The notes under the pieces: generated by a model
What the model was told of the DNA's origin: nothing
What the model saw: the letters and a program-made list of their open reading frames with translations, nothing else
The model's database searches: none
Made by a program: the position numbers and the translations under genes
Shown here: positions 58,649 to 64,000 of the stretch, one piece after another
Numbering within the stretch: position 1 is the first letter of the stretch
Layout: each line of letters opens with the position of its first letter
Sequence record: PV805631.1
Strand: one strand, 5' to 3'
DNA length: 64,000 nucleotides
DNA from: a phage

Positions 58649-59149
58649 CTATTCAAAAAGTTTACGGTCAGCCTGAATTTGCTTACCCAACTCAATTAGT
58701 TGGTTGTCACGGAGTCTAACAGTTGCCCGGAGTTCTTCAACCAAACGTCTGCCTTCTTCAAGACTGTTGTCGAGTCTGGCTGCATGGCTTGCAAGACTTC
58801 TGCACTCAAGGGTTCCGGCTTCGGCTTGACGTTTATATACCGATGCTCGTTTTTCAGACTGTTGCATCCGGCTGTCATAATCACTGCTAACGCGAGCAAG
58901 CTCGCTTGCGTAATTACTCTCAGCCGTCTGCAACCGGGAAGTGAGTAACCCGACTTCATAACTATGGTTTCTTTGGAGAGCATTGTATTTGTCCTGTAGT
59001 TTTTGTGTTGCCTTCTGGTCTTCAACCTTTTGAGCATCCCACTTCTTTTGAACAGTAGACTGTCCGTTGGAATTGCCCCAAAAGTAAATGGTGGCCCCGA
59101 GGACCACCACCAGAAGATAAGGCCAACCTTTAGAGATTAGCATCTTCAT
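58649..59149 (-). CDS. i-spanin (Rz-like)
   Basis: N-terminal TM helix then charged coiled-coil; directly after endolysin; start among three nearby Met is uncertain. Confidence 0.5.
   Translation of the reverse strand: MKMLISKGWPYLLVVVLGATIYFWGNSNGQSTVQKKWDAQKVEDQKATQKLQDKYNALQRNHSYEVGLLTSRLQTAESNYASELARVSSDYDSRMQQSEKRASVYKRQAEAGTLECRSLASHAARLDNSLEEGRRLVEELRATVRLRDNQLIELGKQIQADRKLFE
58696..58959 (-). CDS. o-spanin (Rz1-like) nested in the i-spanin gene
   Basis: Alternate frame inside i-spanin; signal peptide with lipobox-like MTAG-C, Pro-rich mature part. Confidence 0.4.
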   Translation of the reverse strand: MKSGYSLPGCRRLRVITQASLLALAVIMTAGCNSLKNEHRYINVKPKPEPLSAEVLQAMQPDSTTVLKKADVWLKNSGQLLDSVTTN

Positions 59150-59765
59150 TACATGCCTCCAGTGGTACATTACCGATTCGGTTAGCTACCCAACCATACG
59201 TAAAGTCTGGCATGTTCAATGAGGTGTAGTGGTTCAGTTGTTTAGCATCGAGTAACTTAATCATTACCTGACATGCTGCAACTTTGCCTCGTTTTTTCTG
59301 CAATGCTTTATATGCATTAACAGTACCTGCACCGACTTTACCATCAACTTGTATTTTAGGGTAGTCTTTGCCATCACGGGACATTTCATTAAGAGATTGC
59401 TGCAACCATTTAGCTGGTCTGGTTACACCGGTATTAACCCCAGCATCAACCAGTTTGTGTGTTATAGCAGGAGATATATCAGCGAAGGCTACGAAGTTAG
59501 GCTTAATAACGTAGTCATCAATGTATATCTCAGCAGCCATCTCTTTAGATAAACCCTTCATGGAACCATCCCAACCATACTCAGTAGCCAGAACTTCTTT
59601 ATGAGACTTAGCTACTGATTGGGTAATACCATGATTAGTTTCCCCACCTGGGTCACGAGGATTGTTTACGTACCCTCCTTCCATATAGAACACTGCCCCC
59701 AGAATAGCAGCGACAACTCCTCCCACTACACCCCCTTTTGCAGCAAGTTTCTGTTTAGCTTTCAT
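59130..59765 (-). CDS. Endolysin, GH108-type muramidase with N-terminal signal-anchor
   Basis: EGGYVNNPRDPGGETNHGIT matches the GH108 signature from memory; N-terminal hydrophobic GGVVGGVVAAILGAVF. Confidence 0.7.
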   Translation of the reverse strand: MKAKQKLAAKGGVVGGVVAAILGAVFYMEGGYVNNPRDPGGETNHGITQSVAKSHKEVLATEYGWDGSMKGLSKEMAAEIYIDDYVIKPNFVAFADISPAITHKLVDAGVNTGVTRPAKWLQQSLNEMSRDGKDYPKIQVDGKVGAGTVNAYKALQKKRGKVAACQVMIKLLDAKQLNHYTSLNMPDFTYGWVANRIGNVPLEACNEDANL

Positions 59766-60015
59766 GAGAATCTTCCTTTGGATGGAATCGTATTAGTCTG
59801 CCCACAATGTTTAAGGCAAATAGTGCGATTGTAATACTGGAACCATGTGGAATATCTTCAAGGATGTGACGAGGTAGTCCTGTTAGCATTGGTTGGATAA
59901 TATCCACTGTAGAAAACAGAATTAATCCAAATGCACTAATCTGAACAGATGCCCACTTCCAGGACTTCTTCCAGTTAGGAACTAGCCCTATTTTTCTTTT
60001 TAGCTTGCGAACCAT
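59755..60015 (-). CDS. Holin candidate (two TM helices)
   Basis: Basic N-terminus then two hydrophobic helices; start chosen at internal Met, so 5' end uncertain. Confidence 0.4.
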   Translation of the reverse strand: MVRKLKRKIGLVPNWKKSWKWASVQISAFGLILFSTVDIIQPMLTGLPRHILEDIPHGSSITIALFALNIVGRLIRFHPKEDSHES

Positions 60016-60332
60016 GCGAATATCTCCCGTCTTGCAGCAGCCAATACACCAATAATTGCACCTGCCCCAGCCCATACCCACTTACCAAAAATCCCAGCAC
60101 CTGCAACCTTATGTTTGATGGTGATGAACTCTTCAATGGTAGGTTCGGACTTAGTGATGCTCTCCTCTACCCGTTTAAGTCGGGTACTGAGGTCACCCAT
60201 AGACTCGCTTAGCTTTTTAATAGACTCTTCCATTTTCTCCCTATCCCTCGATTCACGAGTTTGGTTTTCGAAAATGTTTCTCAGTCTCTCTTCAAGTCTG
60301 GCTAGAGTTACGTTATCTGGTTCATTTCCCAT
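60000..60332 (-). CDS. Coiled-coil protein with C-terminal transmembrane anchor
   Basis: Charged helical N-terminal part, C-terminal GAGIFGKWVWAGAGAIIGVLAAA. Confidence 0.4.
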   Translation of the reverse strand: MGNEPDNVTLARLEERLRNIFENQTRESRDREKMEESIKKLSESMGDLSTRLKRVEESITKSEPTIEEFITIKHKVAGAGIFGKWVWAGAGAIIGVLAAARREIFAWFAS

Positions 60333-60579
60333 AGGGATTTTCTCAGGTTAGTTAAGTCGTAATTGACTAAAACAGTCTACCTAATGACTTGTTTTTGGTA
60401 CAACAAAAACCCACCCCCCGCAACCTAGTTGGGCTGGTTAAAGCCTGAAATATGGAACAGCAGTCACCAAAACAACAAAGACCATACTTAGGGTTGAGAC
60501 AACCATATGGGTGGCTATATGCGTATAATATTTTTAGGGAGCAAGTGTATACTTGCTCCCCAGAGTTATCTCAGAGTCA

Positions 60580-63114
60580 TCAGAACACATAATCCAGTTG
60601 CGTAAGCTGCTTCAACTGAATCTGCACGGTACTATCCAGAGTTACTGCCGGAACAGTTAAGCCAGAAACACCGATTGCAAAGTCCGCAATGAACCCGGTA
60701 GTAGGATTCTTTACTATATCCGCCCCAGTACCCCCAGAACCTGTACTTGCAAACTGAGTCTGCTTAGTACCATAAGCATTCCCTGTACCCGCAATAACTA
60801 GTTGCCATACACCCCTGCCGAGCGTACCTGGAATACTCAAGCTACCTGAACCAGCAGCCCGAAATATCTTGGTATTCTCATAGAACATACACTCTTGCAA
60901 CGTGCAGGTACTTCTCTGCCCGGTACTCACAACCTGATTACCCCGGAAGCTAAAGTTAGTCTGGTCATTCAGAACGAAGTCACACAGCTTAGCCTCTTGC
61001 ACCCGCACGTTCATATCCAGAGTGTTGGCATGAGCAATCAGGGACTTAGGAATACCTTGCACCTTATATCCAACAGCACGATAACTTAAATCCAGAGAGT
61101 TGTACTGCTTCACGGAGTTGCCAATCAGCTTAACCGTCTGTCCCCGATATACCTGGGATGCGCTAGCCCCAGCGTTAACTATAATAGCCTCGGTTGTGTT
61201 ATTGACAGTCTGACACTTAAGTACAACCGTATTGTGACTGATATCGATATCCTGGTACACCTGGTATGAGCTATCCCCTGCTCCGGTCGATATAGCTACC
61301 CCATCAAAAGCTCTAAGCTCGCAATAGTTGTTGTGAATCTTAACAAAGGGGTTCGGATACGTCGCTGCCGTAGCCTCCCCGCCGCCACCTACATCGATGC
61401 TGCGAGTATACTTTCCACCTATAAGCAGTCCGGAAGTAGCACTAGCAGGAATATCTCTGGAGCGCACATAGTTGTTGCTAACGATGAGGTTGTATGGTTC
61501 GTAGTTTGGATTCCAACCTGCCCCACATTTAGCATATATACCAACTACGCCGTGCTCAAGGCACATGTTCTCCGTGATGATTACCTGCCCACCACCGTGG
61601 AAGTCAATACACTTATGACGACAGTTCTTAATCTGGTTTTTAGCAACAACTACGTTCCTGATTCTTCGGTTACGCGCATGCGAAATACCGTACCCAGGGT
61701 CGTAGCTATCGTTCAGAACATCATCACCGTAAGGGTGTCCAATATTCTGGATATCGTTGGACTCATAGTTTAGTCTGTAGCCGGACAGTACGTAGATACC
61801 TGCACTGTAGCAATCCTTGATGGTACAGCCCATAACCATAACACCGTCAGGTACATCCGTGTCATTCGTATAATCCGTGCTGCCGTAGGTAGTCGCAATG
61901 TTACGGATGCCTATACCAATGCCACCAAAGTTAAAACCGGATACGTGCGAGTTCAGAATAAGGATGCCACGGCAGCCGCGTTGCACCTTGATACCATTAG
62001 CCCAGCTTCCGATGTAACCGCCAAGGAAAGTCCCCCAGGTACTGCGCCACCCATCCAACTGATTACCCGCGTCATCATAGTTAGGGAACTGTCCAGCTAC
62101 ACCAGCATAAGCACCAGACGTGTACGCACTGGAGTCAACGGAGTTATTAGGACCTGTAAACAGTGCTGTATCGTATCCGAAACGAGCCTCACCTTTCTCT
62201 GCATAACCAGTAGGCACATCTATAGCAGGGAACTTGTTAGGGCCACGCACAGTCAGCGATACAGTCACGTTCCGGCAATTTACAAGGGCAAGTCCGTCCA
62301 GCCCATGCGTATTCACAATTATAGTGCCGTTGGAGATACGAATACCTTCCTTATTTACCAGTGCCAGACACGGACTGTAGTTACGTGTACCGTCGCTGAA
62401 GTCAGGCTCAGTAGGGTACGTAGAAGCCAATGCAGGATTTTTTCGAACTAAATATGTCTTTCCACCTAAATCTATGTCGCCAGTAGCGGCGTCGAAACAT
62501 GCCTGCACTGCCAACGTATCGTCGGCAACGCCATCACCAACCGCCCCCCATCCACGTGGATCGCCATTATCACGCCAGCGAGCCATTTGTAGTTCGGGGT
62601 ATTTTGTTGCACCTTCAGGGTCTGAAATCTGTCCTCGTAGTACCGCATCCCCAACACTCACCCAAGCACCCAGACCAACGCCACCAGAAGTTTCGGGGGT
62701 TGAATCAGCAGGAACCTCTTTAGGCAATACACCATCCCATCGATACTTACCATCGGTAAAGACAACCAGTTCATTCTTGGTATTAACTGTTACACCAGTA
62801 TCAAATGAACCAGGTAAGGTTACATACTCTTCACGAGCAACAGCCAGTGCACCTAAGTCCACACTACCAGCAGAGTGAACTAATACACCAGCAGGACTAA
62901 GGCTTATAGCAGTAACACCTGAACCAATGTTAGCAGGTAAGGAATAAGCACGCTGTGTCCCTTTGTCGTAGATGACTTTGTAACCACTTAGTACAGCACC
63001 CACTGAGAAGTAAACAACCTCAGATTGTTTAACCCCAAAGTGACGTGCTATTGCTTGTTTATTGGTTAGGATTCCTGTTGAACCCTTACCGCCTTGTGAG
63101 AACATTTCGTTCAT
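60580..63114 (-). CDS. Tailspike / tail fibre protein with beta-helix-like repeats
   Basis: 844 aa; Gly/Asn/Ile/Val-rich repeated rungs typical of right-handed beta-helix proteins. Confidence 0.55.
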   Translation of the reverse strand: MNEMFSQGGKGSTGILTNKQAIARHFGVKQSEVVYFSVGAVLSGYKVIYDKGTQRAYSLPANIGSGVTAISLSPAGVLVHSAGSVDLGALAVAREEYVTLPGSFDTGVTVNTKNELVVFTDGKYRWDGVLPKEVPADSTPETSGGVGLGAWVSVGDAVLRGQISDPEGATKYPELQMARWRDNGDPRGWGAVGDGVADDTLAVQACFDAATGDIDLGGKTYLVRKNPALASTYPTEPDFSDGTRNYSPCLALVNKEGIRISNGTIIVNTHGLDGLALVNCRNVTVSLTVRGPNKFPAIDVPTGYAEKGEARFGYDTALFTGPNNSVDSSAYTSGAYAGVAGQFPNYDDAGNQLDGWRSTWGTFLGGYIGSWANGIKVQRGCRGILILNSHVSGFNFGGIGIGIRNIATTYGSTDYTNDTDVPDGVMVMGCTIKDCYSAGIYVLSGYRLNYESNDIQNIGHPYGDDVLNDSYDPGYGISHARNRRIRNVVVAKNQIKNCRHKCIDFHGGGQVIITENMCLEHGVVGIYAKCGAGWNPNYEPYNLIVSNNYVRSRDIPASATSGLLIGGKYTRSIDVGGGGEATAATYPNPFVKIHNNYCELRAFDGVAISTGAGDSSYQVYQDIDISHNTVVLKCQTVNNTTEAIIVNAGASASQVYRGQTVKLIGNSVKQYNSLDLSYRAVGYKVQGIPKSLIAHANTLDMNVRVQEAKLCDFVLNDQTNFSFRGNQVVSTGQRSTCTLQECMFYENTKIFRAAGSGSLSIPGTLGRGVWQLVIAGTGNAYGTKQTQFASTGSGGTGADIVKNPTTGFIADFAIGVSGLTVPAVTLDSTVQIQLKQLTQLDYVF

Positions 63115-63161
63115 ATAAACCTCTTTGTTTTTCTAAGAAACCCCGCCGAAGCGGGGGTATT

Positions 63162-64000
63162 CTACCTGATAATGAACTTACCGAGGCTCATATCATTTAT
63201 CAGAGTTGCAACTATGTTTGCCAGTTGGGTGGTTGTTAACGTGTTCACATCACCACCACGCAACTGTCCGGCGTTTGTGAATGGGAACTGCTGAGGCTGA
63301 GCGCTATTGTAAAACTGGTTCCCCTCTTCATACCGAGAAGACGGCGTAGAAGTGTAAAGGATTCCTTTAGTAGTCGCAGGAACAGAACAATTCACGATGT
63401 TTACATGACCAGCGATGCCAACGCACTCGATAGGGCGATCAACAGTACCAAACGGTTGAACACCAACCAGGCGATGCACGTTCAAGCTCTGAGCTGCCTG
63501 CGCGTACAGATAAGAACTAGGCTGCCCGTTAACACCTCTGATGTTCCAGTTGTCTACTTCAATGTGTCGGGCATTATGAATCTGACAGATTGCTTGACCG
63601 TCTGCATCAGGAAATGCACCAACAATACGCACGTTCTTCATAGTGATATCGGAAGTAGCTGTTGCGTTCAACCCGCAGTTAATCATAACAGCTTTAGAAC
63701 CAGATTGTGTGCAGTGGATTGTCAGCCCGTCGAATTCAATATCGCCTAGATTTACTGTGTGAGAGGAGCCATCCTTACGCAAAAAGAATACAGCCCAATC
63801 TGTGTGTCCTGTTATTAAGATATTACTAAATCGCAGGCGTGTGCAGACTACCGGATAATATCGACAGAGGATTGGCTGTGAACAATTCTTGATTGTGATG
63901 TTGTCATACGTGACATCACTGGAACCCTCAATCGCAATACCCGCATTACATGCTTCAATGTAAGCACCGGTCACACTTCCGTTGGTGAAGTTTGCGCGGA
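63162..64000 (-). CDS. Second tailspike-like beta-helix protein, 5' end beyond the window
   Basis: Frame stays open from 63974 to the window edge; beta-helix-like repeats (NITIKNC, VRIVGAF). Confidence 0.45.
   Translation of the reverse strand, partial: RANFTNGSVTGAYIEACNAGIAIEGSSDVTYDNITIKNCSQPILCRYYPVVCTRLRFSNILITGHTDWAVFFLRKDGSSHTVNLGDIEFDGLTIHCTQSGSKAVMINCGLNATATSDITMKNVRIVGAFPDADGQAICQIHNARHIEVDNWNIRGVNGQPSSYLYAQAAQSLNVHRLVGVQPFGTVDRPIECVGIAGHVNIVNCSVPATTKGILYTSTPSSRYEEGNQFYNSAQPQQFPFTNAGQLRGGDVNTLTTTQLANIVATLINDMSLGKFIIR

Noticed and set aside
60480-60540. Plus-strand TATAAT hexamer near 60517 as a sigma-70 promoter
   Set aside because: No properly spaced -35 element, and it would drive transcription antisense to the tailspike gene.
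1-64000. CRISPR arrays, integrase or prophage attachment sites, terminase and rRNA genes
   Set aside because: None seen by eye. Terminase is expected to lie beyond 64000 in this genome layout.

Overview
The window looks like most of the genome of a lytic N4-like podophage (Schitoviridae-type layout). Everything here is read by eye from the sequence and the six-frame ORF track; no searches or folding programs were run, so family names are motif- and synteny-based calls from memory. Plus strand, about 1-33.8 kb: an early region of many small ORFs behind three copies of a conserved 3-nt-loop hairpin (candidate virion-RNA-polymerase promoters), then a two-subunit T7-like RNA polymerase split by an HNH-like gene, then nucleotide-metabolism and replication genes (AAA+ ATPase, vWA protein, dCTP deaminase-like, ThyX-like, rIIA/rIIB-like, helicase, family A DNA polymerase, primase, SSB, RuvC-like), with four HNH-AP2 homing-endonuclease paralogs scattered through it. 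About 33.8-35.1 kb is a roughly 1.25 kb ORF-free, hairpin-dense switch region carrying two tRNA-like T-arm motifs; this is the best candidate for something undescribed. Minus strand, about 35.5-64 kb: a giant virion RNA polymerase (about 3750 aa), virion proteins, major capsid, scaffold-like and portal proteins, a lysis cassette (holin, signal-anchored GH108 endolysin, nested spanins) and two beta-helix tailspike-like genes, the last running off the window edge. No terminase, integrase, CRISPR array or rRNA was seen. Intrinsic terminators with UUCG-type loops punctuate the plus-strand block.
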